DNA from: Thermoplasmata archaeon
Lineage (GTDB): Archaea; Thermoplasmatota; Thermoplasmata; Lutacidiplasmatales; UBA184
DNA: 64,000 nucleotides
Assembly: GCA_021798195.1 (NCBI GenBank)
Contig: JAJZYH010000001.1
Span: 80,390 to 144,389 of the forward strand
Direction of reading: 5' to 3'
Within the stretch, counting starts at the first letter, position 1; each line of letters opens with the position of its first letter. Both the position numbers and the translations under genes were made by a program. The notes under the pieces are model-generated. The model was not told the origin of the DNA. It searched no databases and saw nothing but the letters and a program-made list of their open reading frames with translations. Of the stretch, positions 1 through 8,580 are shown in pieces.

Positions 1-198
1 GAGAACCCGCGGAAGTACCATCGCCTGCTGTTGCGGGCCACCATGGACTACAACGAGCTCCGGTCCACGGGGACGTTCTTCCCCTACACCTCGAGGGCGC
101 GGGACTTCGGCCTCGAGGTCCGCCAGATCCCCCTCTCGAACCTGACCGGTGCCTTCGGGGGAGCCCACTGCCTCACCTGTTCTCTGGAGCGGGACTGA
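1..198 (+). CDS. 3' fragment of a guanidino-group-modifying enzyme (amidinotransferase / arginine-deiminase-type fold)
   Basis: Frame 1 is open from the window edge to TGA at 196-198. The translation ends ...LTGAFGGAHCLTCSLERD. A GGxHC(L/M)T catalytic-Cys motif near the C-terminus is typical of this superfamily. Confidence 0.45.
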   Translation, partial: ENPRKYHRLLLRATMDYNELRSTGTFFPYTSRARDFGLEVRQIPLSNLTGAFGGAHCLTCSLERD

Positions 199-233
199 AC
201 CACGGGGCACCGCCCCTTGAAGCCCCCGATCCC

Positions 234-1193
234 CTACGGGGAGATCGCCGGGAGGTCTCCCGTGCCGGTGGATCCCTCGGGGGGCCGGGCCGGAAGGCGA
301 CGGAGGGCGGCTTCGGCCATGGCCGAGAAATCCTCCAGGTCGTGACCCTGGGCCCCGGCCTCCCGCAGGAGCCGCCGGATCTCCCGGGCGAACGGCGTCT
401 CCCGACGGCTCCGGCGCCCAGTTCGGACAACCAGGTCCACATCCTTGCGGGCGAGCCGCAGGAGGAACCGGGCGGGGTACTCCCGGCGCTCGAGGGAATC
501 CCGCTTGGACTCCAGCATCCGGGAGGCGGCGCCCCCCGCCGAGAGCACCGAAAGGACCCGGCCCCGCGGGAGCCCGAGGCCCTCGGAGAGCGCCAGAGCC
601 TCGCTCAGGAGGGCCACGTGGCCGATGGTGAGGAGGTTATTCACCAGCTTCATCGCGGTCCCGCTCCCCACCGGGCCCATGAACTCCACCCCCCGCCCCA
701 TCTTCTCCAGGTAGGGGCGGACCCGCTCCACGTCTGAGGGGTCTCCCCCCACGTAGAAGAGAACGGTCCCCGCCTCCGCCGCATCCACACTGCCTCCCAG
801 GGGGGCATCGACGAAGTGGAGCCCCCGCGTGGCAAGCCGCCCGGCCATGGTCCGGCTCTGGTCCGGGGCGATGGTGCTCATGTCCACCACGAGCCCGGAG
901 GGGGAGAGGCCCCGGGCGATCCCGTGCCGGCCCCAGAGGACCTCGCGGAGCGCCCGGGCGTCGGAGAGCACCGTGAAGACCAGCCCGCTCGAAGCCCCTT
1001 CGGCCACCGCACGCGGGGTCTCGGCCCAGCGGGCCCCCGCCTCGAGGAGCTTCCCGGCCTTCTCCGGTGTCCGGTTGTGGACGATGAGCGGAACCCCCTT
1101 GCGCAGGAGGTTCCCCGCGAGGGGGGCTCCCATCATGCCCAGGCCACAGAATCCCACGGTTCCCGATGATGTGCCGGTCATGGCCGGTACCAC
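234..1193 (-). CDS. NAD(P)-dependent beta-hydroxyacid dehydrogenase (3-hydroxyisobutyrate / 6-phosphogluconate dehydrogenase-like)
   Basis: 319 aa. N-terminal Rossmann motif VGFCGLGMMGAPLAGNL. Family blocks DAPLGGS and GSGTAMKLVNNLL. Ends in a TAG stop. Confidence 0.8.
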   Translation of the reverse strand: MVPAMTGTSSGTVGFCGLGMMGAPLAGNLLRKGVPLIVHNRTPEKAGKLLEAGARWAETPRAVAEGASSGLVFTVLSDARALREVLWGRHGIARGLSPSGLVVDMSTIAPDQSRTMAGRLATRGLHFVDAPLGGSVDAAEAGTVLFYVGGDPSDVERVRPYLEKMGRGVEFMGPVGSGTAMKLVNNLLTIGHVALLSEALALSEGLGLPRGRVLSVLSAGGAASRMLESKRDSLERREYPARFLLRLARKDVDLVVRTGRRSRRETPFAREIRRLLREAGAQGHDLEDFSAMAEAALRRLPARPPEGSTGTGDLPAISP

Positions 1194-1226
1194 CCCGGCC
1201 GGGAAGATAGCGCTTGGTGCCCCGTC

Positions 1227-1604
1227 TCAGCGGGGGGGGAGGACCGCGCTGCGGGGCCCGCCCAGGATGGACTCCGGGGAGGGAAGTCCCAGGGTGGCCA
1301 TGAGGGTCACCACCGTGGAGGGGCCCGGCCGGCGGGATCCCGAGGAGAGCAGCGACTCCACCGTGTCCAGCACCTCTCGCTTCTCGAGGGTGTTCAGCTG
1401 GGAAAGAAGAAGGAGGGAGCCGTGCGCCACCACCTCGTCGAGCCGGTGCGCCAGCTCGGGCCGGTCGTGATCCCGCAGGGCGGGCGCCACCTCATGGGCC
1501 AGGTACGCGAGGGCCTGCCGGGTGCCTTCCGGTGAGACCGGGATCGCACAGGAACGGCCCTCCCACAAGCTGGGGGATGGGTCCCGGTTCTTGGAATGGG
1601 CCAT
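1227..1604 (-). CDS. hypothetical protein
   Basis: 125-aa ORF downstream of the filament locus with no recognisable motif. An AT-rich box (minus-strand CAATTTTG, 1634-1641) lies about 30 nt upstream of its ATG. Confidence 0.3.
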   Translation of the reverse strand: MAHSKNRDPSPSLWEGRSCAIPVSPEGTRQALAYLAHEVAPALRDHDRPELAHRLDEVVAHGSLLLLSQLNTLEKREVLDTVESLLSSGSRRPGPSTVVTLMATLGLPSPESILGGPRSAVLPPR

Positions 1605-1731
1605 CTGGTGGGGTCGACCTCGGACCGCGCGACAAAATTGAGGGGGCCTCGCTACTTAAGCGTAGAGTCGCGACGACGACAGGAAACCGTCCGGTGCAGG
1701 GGAACGACCGAGATCGGGCGGCCCGGTCCGT

Positions 1732-3489
1732 TCAGGTCCCGTGGGCCCGGGCCATCTCGTCCCGGGCCTCCTGGACCGCGTTCTGGGGCTCCTTGTAGTA
1801 GAACGCCACGAGGCGGCCCACGTCGCGGTGCGTGAAGGGATGCTGCTTCGTGGCGCGCGCCTCCCGCCAGCGCATGTACTCCAGCATGTCCACGCGCCGC
1901 TTCACCTCCCGGTCCATCTCCTTCATGGTCCAGTTCTTCATGATGGCCACCCGTTCGTAGATGTACGAATGGCCGCTGTAGAGGAACGTGTCGTCGGCGG
2001 GGTTCCAGGTGTAGACCGAGTTGGTGATGAGCTCGTTGGTCTCGGGGTCGAGACCCACGATCTCGGTGAGGTTGAAGACGCGCCGGGTCATCTTGGTCCC
2101 CACCTTCACCTGCTTCTGCATGAGGACCAGGTTCAGGGCGGAGACCAGGGACCGCGGGAGGGAGATGGGGGGGTTCTCCATCCGGTGGACCATGGCGCTC
2201 ACGCTCTCGGCGTGGAAGGTGGTGTAGCACGTCTTCCCCGTGGCCATGGCCTGGAAGACGATGAACGCCTCGGGGCCCCGGACCTCCCCCACCATGAGGT
2301 ACTGCGGGCGCTGCCGCAGGGCGGCGGCGAGGAGGTCGAACATGTCGATCTCCCCCGGGGCCTTCCCCGTCATGACGTTCTTGGCCCCGAACCCCGCCCG
2401 GGTGAGGGAGGGGATCCAGTTCTCGTGGGGAAGGTTCAGCTCCCGCGTGTCCTCGATGGAGACGATCTTCATCTGGGGCGGGATAAAGAGGAGGACGGCG
2501 TTGAGGGTGGTGGTCTTCCCGGAGGCCGTGCCCCCGCAGACCATCATGGACTGCCCGTTCTCGATGGCGATCCACAGGTACGCCATCATCTCGGCGCTCA
2601 TGGTCTTGAACTTAAGGAGGTCCACGGGCGTGAAGGGGTTGTCCCGGAACCTCCGGATGGTGAAGGAGCTCCCGCGCTTGGTGACGTGCATGCCCAGGGT
2701 GGCCTGCAGCCGGCTCCCGTCGGGTACCGTGGCGTCCAGCATGGGGTTCGCCACCGAGATGTGCCGCCCGGACCGCTGGGCCAGCCAGATCACGTAGGCG
2801 TCGAGGTCCGCGGCATCCGCGAACTTGAGGGTGCTCTTGATGGAGCCGTACTTCCGGTGGTAGATGTAGATGGGGATCCCCACCCCGTCGCAGGAGATGT
2901 CCTCCACCTCGCTGTCCACCATGGGGGCGTCGCAGAGGCCATATCCGATGAAGTCCCGCTCCAGGTAGTACATCACCCGCCCCTTGCTCACCGGGGTGGG
3001 GGAGAGGTCCCAGGCCCGCAGCTGCTCGTCCACCATCCGCCGCAGCTCGTTGCGCTTGGTCTCCACATCGGTCTCCGGGAGGGGTTGGAACCGGTCGATG
3101 AGCGCGGTCTTGAGCCGGCTCAACAGCTGCAGTTCCACGGAGCTCAGGGGGGGCTCGATGACCTCGTAGAGGTACTCGTTGCGCACGTTGTGGTAGGTGA
3201 TCCGGACGAAGGAGTAGGGATCCCGGAGGCTGCTGGTCTCGAGCTCCGTGGTGTCCGCATCCTCGAGGGGAGGGATCGGGGTGGCCACCGATCCCACGCC
3301 CTCGATGGAGGTGACGCTCCCCAGCTTCGCCAGGCGCACCGACCGGGGGAGGGTCTTGTTCCCGCGCGTGAGCGCCGCCGCCATCTTGAGATGGAGGGGG
3401 AAATAGATCTGCTTCCTCTTCTCGGAGGTGGGGACCACCTCCGAGGGGGTCGCTCCCTCCTCCGCCGCACTTTCTCCTTGCGCCGCCAT
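1732..3489 (-). CDS. FlaI/TadA-family type IV filament ATPase (paralog 1)
   Basis: 585 aa. Walker A GGTASGKTTTLNA, block VEDISCDG, block YLMVGEVRGPEAFIVFQAMATG, block LNLPHENWIP. Confidence 0.85.
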   Translation of the reverse strand: MAAQGESAAEEGATPSEVVPTSEKRKQIYFPLHLKMAAALTRGNKTLPRSVRLAKLGSVTSIEGVGSVATPIPPLEDADTTELETSSLRDPYSFVRITYHNVRNEYLYEVIEPPLSSVELQLLSRLKTALIDRFQPLPETDVETKRNELRRMVDEQLRAWDLSPTPVSKGRVMYYLERDFIGYGLCDAPMVDSEVEDISCDGVGIPIYIYHRKYGSIKSTLKFADAADLDAYVIWLAQRSGRHISVANPMLDATVPDGSRLQATLGMHVTKRGSSFTIRRFRDNPFTPVDLLKFKTMSAEMMAYLWIAIENGQSMMVCGGTASGKTTTLNAVLLFIPPQMKIVSIEDTRELNLPHENWIPSLTRAGFGAKNVMTGKAPGEIDMFDLLAAALRQRPQYLMVGEVRGPEAFIVFQAMATGKTCYTTFHAESVSAMVHRMENPPISLPRSLVSALNLVLMQKQVKVGTKMTRRVFNLTEIVGLDPETNELITNSVYTWNPADDTFLYSGHSYIYERVAIMKNWTMKEMDREVKRRVDMLEYMRWREARATKQHPFTHRDVGRLVAFYYKEPQNAVQEARDEMARAHGT

Positions 3490-3515
3490 GGTTCTTCCGC
3501 CTCCCTCCCCTCACG

Positions 3516-4535
3516 TCACAAGATGGGGACCAGGAACCGCATGAAGATCCAGCCCGCCACGAGCATCCCTGTGGCGTGCATGAGCCCCGGCGCGATGCGC
3601 CCCGTATCGATGACACCGGCCATGATCCCGTCCCCCACCGCGTGGGCGATGATGGCCACGAAGAAGGCCAGGAAGACGCCCGGGATGAGCGCCACGGAGA
3701 TGGTCACCGCTCCCGAGGAGGCGAGGCTGCCGCCTCCGGCGGAGGAGGAGGCCAGGCTGTTCCCCGCCGTGATCATCTCGGGGAGGAACGTGGCCGCCAT
3801 GATGTAGATGGTGACCAGGAACACCCCGAAGGCGATGTAGATGACCGCGAGGTAGGTGGCCATGGAGATCCTCCGCTGCTCCTCGGAGAGCTGGGTCTCC
3901 CGGGTGTCGTGGGCCACCATGGTCAGGACGTCGGCCACGTTTCCTCCCGCCTCGTTGGCCTTGGTGATGATGGTCACCACCCGGCTCGTGAGCGGGGTGT
4001 TGATCCGCTGTTCGAAGAGCTTGAGGGAGTGGGAGACCGGGACGCCCCATTCCAGCTGGCTCGCCATCCGCTTGATCTCGTCGGTGAGGGGTCCGTAGCG
4101 TCCCCGGCTGGCCACGATGATCGCTTCCGGAAGGGTCATCCCGAAGCGGCCCGCCTCGGCCACGTCGCGGAGGAAATCGGGGAGCCGGCGCTCGATCTGC
4201 GTGATGCGGCGGTAGCGGATCGTGGCCAGCGTCCCGTAGGGGGCCATGATGACGATCATGGCCATGACGGCCCAGTCCACCAGCGCATTGGTGTGCAGGG
4301 TGCTGGTGCCGTCCTCCCCGGGACGGAACTCGAACGGGATGATCCCCAGATAGGCGAGGAATCCCACCGCAAGGAGCCCGATGCCCGCCGCGATGCCGAT
4401 GTAGAGCACGTAGACGTCCTTGAACCCCGCGCTCTGGGATTTGGCGGGGAGGGTGAGGTAGCTCAGCGCCGAGTTGGCGCTCCGGGGGGCAGGTATCTCG
4501 CCGGATGGCGCATCCTTCTTGCCGAACCCGAACAT
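3516..4535 (-). CDS. FlaJ/TadC-like platform membrane protein (C-terminal-half equivalent, one T2SSF-type domain)
   Basis: 339 aa, multi-TM. Cytoplasmic block RRLPDFLRDVAEAGRFGMTLPEAI...ANEAGGNVADVL is typical of FlaJ/GspF repeats. The ATG lies one codon after the TAG stop of the upstream gene, in the same frame. Confidence 0.75.
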   Translation of the reverse strand: MFGFGKKDAPSGEIPAPRSANSALSYLTLPAKSQSAGFKDVYVLYIGIAAGIGLLAVGFLAYLGIIPFEFRPGEDGTSTLHTNALVDWAVMAMIVIMAPYGTLATIRYRRITQIERRLPDFLRDVAEAGRFGMTLPEAIIVASRGRYGPLTDEIKRMASQLEWGVPVSHSLKLFEQRINTPLTSRVVTIITKANEAGGNVADVLTMVAHDTRETQLSEEQRRISMATYLAVIYIAFGVFLVTIYIMAATFLPEMITAGNSLASSSAGGGSLASSGAVTISVALIPGVFLAFFVAIIAHAVGDGIMAGVIDTGRIAPGLMHATGMLVAGWIFMRFLVPIL

Positions 4536-4538
4536 GGT

Positions 4539-5567
4539 CTACTGCTGCCCCTCCTTGGCCATGGCGAGCATGACGAAGATGAACATCGCCTGCATGGCCG
4601 GGATCATGAAGACGATGGCATCCAGGAAGATGAGCATGTTCGCCCCACCGCTCCCCACCACCGCAAAGATGGCGATCATGATGATCAGGAACAGGGGGAA
4701 CGCCACCACGACCGTGACGAAGGTCTCGGCCATGAGCCCCATGGTCTCCACGCGCTTCAGGAGGTCGAGCTTGTTCTCCTTCTCGTACTGGTCCGCCTTC
4801 AGCAGGAAGTACGGCTTGAGCTGCCCGCCGCTCGTGGCCGTGGTCACCACGCCCTGCAGGAAGTCCTGGAAGCGCTTCGACGGGGTCCGCTGCGCTCCCT
4901 CCTTGATCGCCGTGAGGATGTCCACGCCCAGGAGCTCGGTGTCCCGCGTGATCCACGCGGCCTCCTCCGCCACCTCGCCGTAGAGCTTCTGCTTCGCGAG
5001 CTCCTTGAAGATGGTGTCGATGTTCACGTCGGCGCTGGCCATGGCGGAGACGAAGCTCATCGCCGACGAGATCCTCCGGTCGATGGCGACCCCCCGGGCC
5101 TTGGCCCGGCTGCCGGGCGCCGAATCCATGACCACCTTGGCCATCACGGGGACCACCACGGCGATGATCGCGGCCGGCACGAAGGCCACGAAGCCGAGGC
5201 CGCCCACGAAGTAGAGGAAGGCCCCGAGGAGGACCCCCAGGGCGAGGCCCACGGGAAGGGCGATGAGGTAGGTGACGAAGAGGGTGTAGGCGAGGTACTC
5301 GTCCCCCCGGATCCGCATGTGGGCCTTCATGAGATCCTCCTCCAGTTGGGGGTTCACCGCCCCCTTCCTCCGGACCCGGCCCTGGAACGTGTGCCAGGCG
5401 GCCAGCTGGAGCGCGGAGAGCTTCGAGAAATCCGGTTGGGCTCCCTTCTTCAGCCGGATGGTCCGGGCGGGCGAGGGGCGGTCCTTGGCCCGCCGGACAT
5501 GGGTCGTCAAGACCGATTTCCGCTGGGCATCGAGACGGGAAAACCCGTCGTTCACCTCGGGGCACAT
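4539..5567 (-). CDS. FlaJ/TadB-like platform membrane protein (N-terminal-half equivalent, one T2SSF-type domain)
   Basis: 342 aa. TM helices flank the block ISSAMSFVSAMASADVNIDTIFKELA...TSGGQLKPYF. Starts 3 nt after the stop of the upstream ATPase gene. Confidence 0.75.
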   Translation of the reverse strand: MCPEVNDGFSRLDAQRKSVLTTHVRRAKDRPSPARTIRLKKGAQPDFSKLSALQLAAWHTFQGRVRRKGAVNPQLEEDLMKAHMRIRGDEYLAYTLFVTYLIALPVGLALGVLLGAFLYFVGGLGFVAFVPAAIIAVVVPVMAKVVMDSAPGSRAKARGVAIDRRISSAMSFVSAMASADVNIDTIFKELAKQKLYGEVAEEAAWITRDTELLGVDILTAIKEGAQRTPSKRFQDFLQGVVTTATSGGQLKPYFLLKADQYEKENKLDLLKRVETMGLMAETFVTVVVAFPLFLIIMIAIFAVVGSGGANMLIFLDAIVFMIPAMQAMFIFVMLAMAKEGQQ

Positions 5568-5570
5568 GGC

Positions 5571-7235
5571 TCAGCCCGCCACCTCCGGGGCGTAGCCGAT
5601 CTTCTGCATCACGGCCGCCGGGTCCTTGTAGTAGCTGGAGATCCAGCGCCAGATCTGGTGGTAGTCCACGATCTTGTTCTGCGCGAGGTAGCGGATCACG
5701 GCGACCCGCCGCTGGAACTCGGCCTCCATCTCCTCGTGGGTGTAGTTCTTGAGTTCCATGATGTTGTCCAGGAGGAACGAGTGCCCCTTGAACAGGAACT
5801 TGTCCCCCGCGGGATCCCATTCATAGACCGTGTTGGTGATGAGCTCGTTGGTCTCGGGTTCGAAGCCCACGATCTCCAGGACCTGCTTCAGGCGGCGGAC
5901 CACGTTGTTCCCCGAACGGGCCTGCACCTGGATGATGACGTTCTTCAGGGCCGAGAGCAGGATCCGGGGCGTGTTGATGGGGGGGTTCTCCAGACGGTTC
6001 ACCATGCTCTTCACACTGTCCGCGTGCATGGTGGAATAGGTGGTGTGGCCGGTCGCCATGGCCTGGAACATGGTGTAGGTCTCCCGGCCCCGGACCTCCC
6101 CCACGATGATGTAGTTGGGCCGCTGCCGGAGCGCGGCCCGGACCAGGTCGAACATGTCCACCTCTCCCGCCGCCTTGCCATCGGGCCCACGGTCCCCGGT
6201 GCCGCTGCGTGTCGCCCCCGGGATCCAGTTCTCGTGGGGGAGGTTCACCTCCCGGGTGTCCTCGAGGCTCACGATCTTGGCGGTGGGCGGGATGAAGAGG
6301 GCGATGGCGTTCAGCGTGGAGGTCTTCCCCGCCGCGGGTCCGCCGCAGATGATGAGCGACTCCCCCATCTCCGCGGCGAGCCAGAAGTAAGCCACCATCT
6401 CCTCGTTGGCGGAGCCCGCCAGGATGAGGTCCACGGGGGTCCACGGCTTCTCCTTGAACCGCCGGATGGTGAAGCTCGCCCCCCGCGTGGTCACCTCCCG
6501 GGCGTAGGTGGCCTGGACGCGGTGGCCCTCCGGGGTGGTCCCGTCCAATATGGGGTTCGAGACGCTCACCTGCTTGCCGCAGCGCTGTCCCAGGCCCACC
6601 ACGAAGCTGTTGAGAGCCTCTTCATCCTCGAAGACGACGTTGGACTTCACCGATTCGTAGCGCTGATGGAAGATGAACAGCGGGATGTTGGAACCGTCGC
6701 AGGAGATGTCCTCGATGGCCTCGTCGTTGATGAGCACGTCCACGGGTCCGTATCCCACGAAGTCGCGGATGATGTAGTAGTTGATCCGTTCCATGGAGAG
6801 AGGGCTGATGTCGATCCCCCGGGTCTTGAGGTAGTTCTCCACACTCCCCTTGAGGTACACCTTCTTGTCGGCCGATCCCATGACGGTCCCTTCGGACCCC
6901 AGGATGCGCGTGAGCGTGGCCTTGAGATGCTTGAGGAGTTCCCGCTCGCTGTTGGTGAGCTGGGGCTCGATGGCCTCGTAGAGGTACTCCTTGGTCCGCT
7001 CGTTGTAGGTCACCCGGGCGTAGGAATAGGGGGCCTGGACGGCGACGAACTCCACCTCCTTCATCGCCGGATCGGTGATGGCCGGGACCGAGGTGATGTA
7101 GGTGCCCGGGAGGTCCGCCAGCGCCGCGGAGGCGCTGGGGGCGGGGGAGGAGTCCAGCTTCCGGGAGACCGAGGGCGGGAGCATGGTGAGGCGGGCCTGG
7201 GGCCGGTTCTTGGGGACCTTCACCTTGTACGACAT
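5571..7235 (-). CDS. FlaI/TadA-family type IV filament ATPase (paralog 2)
   Basis: 554 aa. Walker A GGPAAGKTSTLNA, block IEDISCDG, block YIIVGEVRGRETYTMFQAMATG. Colinear with paralog 1 over its full length. Confidence 0.85.
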   Translation of the reverse strand: MSYKVKVPKNRPQARLTMLPPSVSRKLDSSPAPSASAALADLPGTYITSVPAITDPAMKEVEFVAVQAPYSYARVTYNERTKEYLYEAIEPQLTNSERELLKHLKATLTRILGSEGTVMGSADKKVYLKGSVENYLKTRGIDISPLSMERINYYIIRDFVGYGPVDVLINDEAIEDISCDGSNIPLFIFHQRYESVKSNVVFEDEEALNSFVVGLGQRCGKQVSVSNPILDGTTPEGHRVQATYAREVTTRGASFTIRRFKEKPWTPVDLILAGSANEEMVAYFWLAAEMGESLIICGGPAAGKTSTLNAIALFIPPTAKIVSLEDTREVNLPHENWIPGATRSGTGDRGPDGKAAGEVDMFDLVRAALRQRPNYIIVGEVRGRETYTMFQAMATGHTTYSTMHADSVKSMVNRLENPPINTPRILLSALKNVIIQVQARSGNNVVRRLKQVLEIVGFEPETNELITNTVYEWDPAGDKFLFKGHSFLLDNIMELKNYTHEEMEAEFQRRVAVIRYLAQNKIVDYHQIWRWISSYYKDPAAVMQKIGYAPEVAG

Positions 7236-7278
7236 CTACGTGCGCCTCCCGTACGCTCCCTGCTCAGCGGGCATGGAC

Positions 7279-8319
7279 TCACGTGGGCGCATTGCCCACC
7301 CCCACATTGGTGAGGAGGAGAACCGTGGTCAGGCTGAAGTCGTTGACGTTGGGGACCACCACGTAGACTTCCATGGGGGTCGTGGGTCCGGCGGCCTGGC
7401 AGGTGGCCGGGTTGTACTCCTGCGAGGAACTCGGGGGTGTCGTGGCGACATCTGTGCCGGCGGGCAGGACAAAGACGAAGGGAGATTGATAGGGGGACCC
7501 GGGGGTAGAACCGGCAGGGTTGGCCGAAAGGGTGGTGTTGTAGAAGCGTGCCCACGCACAGGGCAGCGTGGTCTCCATGGTGATGTTCACCTGGATGCCG
7601 TTCGCGGATTCGCTCGAGTAGGATTGGGTGCCCAGGAGAGTGGTGTACACCTGGTCGGTGCCCGTGGAGGTGCTCGACGTATCGTTCCCCTGGACCCGGA
7701 ACAGGACCATGGACAAGGAGGTGTTCGTCCCGGTATGGGAGAAGGAGACCGAGGGGGTGAACAACATGACCTCCCCGGTTCCGGTGGGTGAGGAGGAGAT
7801 GACGGCGTCCTGTTCGAAGGTGTATTGGATCGGGGTGAAGTAGCGGTCCGGGAGGTACATCCGGATGATCCCCGTGGACGCATTCTGGTAGAAGTTCGGA
7901 ACGTCCTGCCGAGTCCCCTGGGGTCCGATGGAGTCCAGCGGGAACGAAATGTTGGTGTAGAGCCCCAGCGAGGTGGAGAAGGTCAGGATCCCCTGGGTGG
8001 GCTGGGCGAAGACGGGGACGCCCTCCGAGCGCATGGTGATGGGATCCACGACGCTATGCCCCGCCTGGCCGTCCAGGACCAGAAGGTCCACGTCGTGCTT
8101 CATCTGGGCGAACTGCGACGACACGGTGATGGAGAACTGGCTCTCATTGTCGGTCATCCACAGGGGAAGGTACTGGGTCAGGAAGATCCCGAAGATGCTC
8201 AGGAAGACCAGAAGCGCGAGGAGGGTCCCGATGACCGCCGCCACGGCCCTCCGGTCCCCGCGGAAACGGCCCCGGCGATGGCGTCGCCAGAGTGACCGCG
8301 GTCCGAAGGGGGGTTGCAT
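7279..8319 (-). CDS. archaeal type IV pilin-like protein with class III signal peptide
   Basis: The N-terminus RGDRRAVAAVIGTLLALLVFLSIFGIF matches the archaeal pilin N-terminal (RAVSPVIG-type) domain. The remainder is Ser/Thr-rich with many N-x-S/T sequons. I prefer the ATG at 8319 because the TTG at 8361 in the ORF track lies inside the putative TATA box. Confidence 0.6.
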   Translation of the reverse strand: MQPPFGPRSLWRRHRRGRFRGDRRAVAAVIGTLLALLVFLSIFGIFLTQYLPLWMTDNESQFSITVSSQFAQMKHDVDLLVLDGQAGHSVVDPITMRSEGVPVFAQPTQGILTFSTSLGLYTNISFPLDSIGPQGTRQDVPNFYQNASTGIIRMYLPDRYFTPIQYTFEQDAVISSSPTGTGEVMLFTPSVSFSHTGTNTSLSMVLFRVQGNDTSSTSTGTDQVYTTLLGTQSYSSESANGIQVNITMETTLPCAWARFYNTTLSANPAGSTPGSPYQSPFVFVLPAGTDVATTPPSSSQEYNPATCQAAGPTTPMEVYVVVPNVNDFSLTTVLLLTNVGVGNAPT

Positions 8320-8358
8320 TCGCGCCGCTCCCTCGAGACGGTTGCACCGGGAGAGCGA

Positions 8359-8368
8359 CAATTAACTA
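8359..8368 (-). promoter_or_regulatory. TATA-like box upstream of the pilin-like gene
   Basis: Minus-strand TAGTTAATTG is an isolated AT-rich decamer in GC-rich DNA, about 40 nt upstream of the ATG at 8319. Confidence 0.35.
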
Positions 8369-8545
8369 CGCGAGTTCGGGTCTTAAACCCTCCGCCCCCG
8401 ATGACAAGACCCCCTCCGGTCTCCCTCGGGGCGGGAGAGGGGTTCCGGGGAGCCTCCAGGGGACCCGGTCACTTCGTCCGGTCGGGCCGAGCCGGGACCT
8501 CGGCGATTCCCGCCCGCCGCGGACCCCCCTCCCCGAGGGAGGGCC

Positions 8546-8556
8546 AAGAATTAAGA
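8546..8556 (+). promoter_or_regulatory. TATA-like box upstream of the ACT-domain gene (probably a leaderless transcript)
   Basis: AAGAATTAAGA is centred about 30 nt upstream of the ATG at 8581. Confidence 0.4.
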
Positions 8557-8580
8557 CCGTGGGAGCCCGTCCACCGGGGG

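Noticed and set aside
1741-3807. 688-aa plus-strand ORF and the 307/334-aa minus-strand off-frame ORFs over FlaI paralog 1
   Set aside because: They are antisense or off-frame relative to a gene with clear Walker motifs, and their composition is low-complexity.
4539-4541. Reading the in-frame TAG between the FlaJ halves as pyrrolysine
   Set aside because: TAG is used as an ordinary stop by several solid genes in this window: 234-236, 16810-16812, 21525-21527 and 30574-30576. No pyl genes are present in the window.
3511-5820. 769-aa minus-strand ORF
   Set aside because: It is an alternative frame of the same strand as the FlaJ genes. It is Arg/Gly/Pro/His-rich with no TM helices or motifs, whereas the chosen frames give canonical FlaJ sequence.
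3576-7313. 1245-aa plus-strand ORF spanning the filament locus
   Set aside because: It is antisense to four well-supported genes (FlaJ halves and FlaI paralogs). The translation is monotonous G/D/H/E/R/P-rich with no motifs. Such long stop-free antisense frames are expected in very GC-rich DNA.
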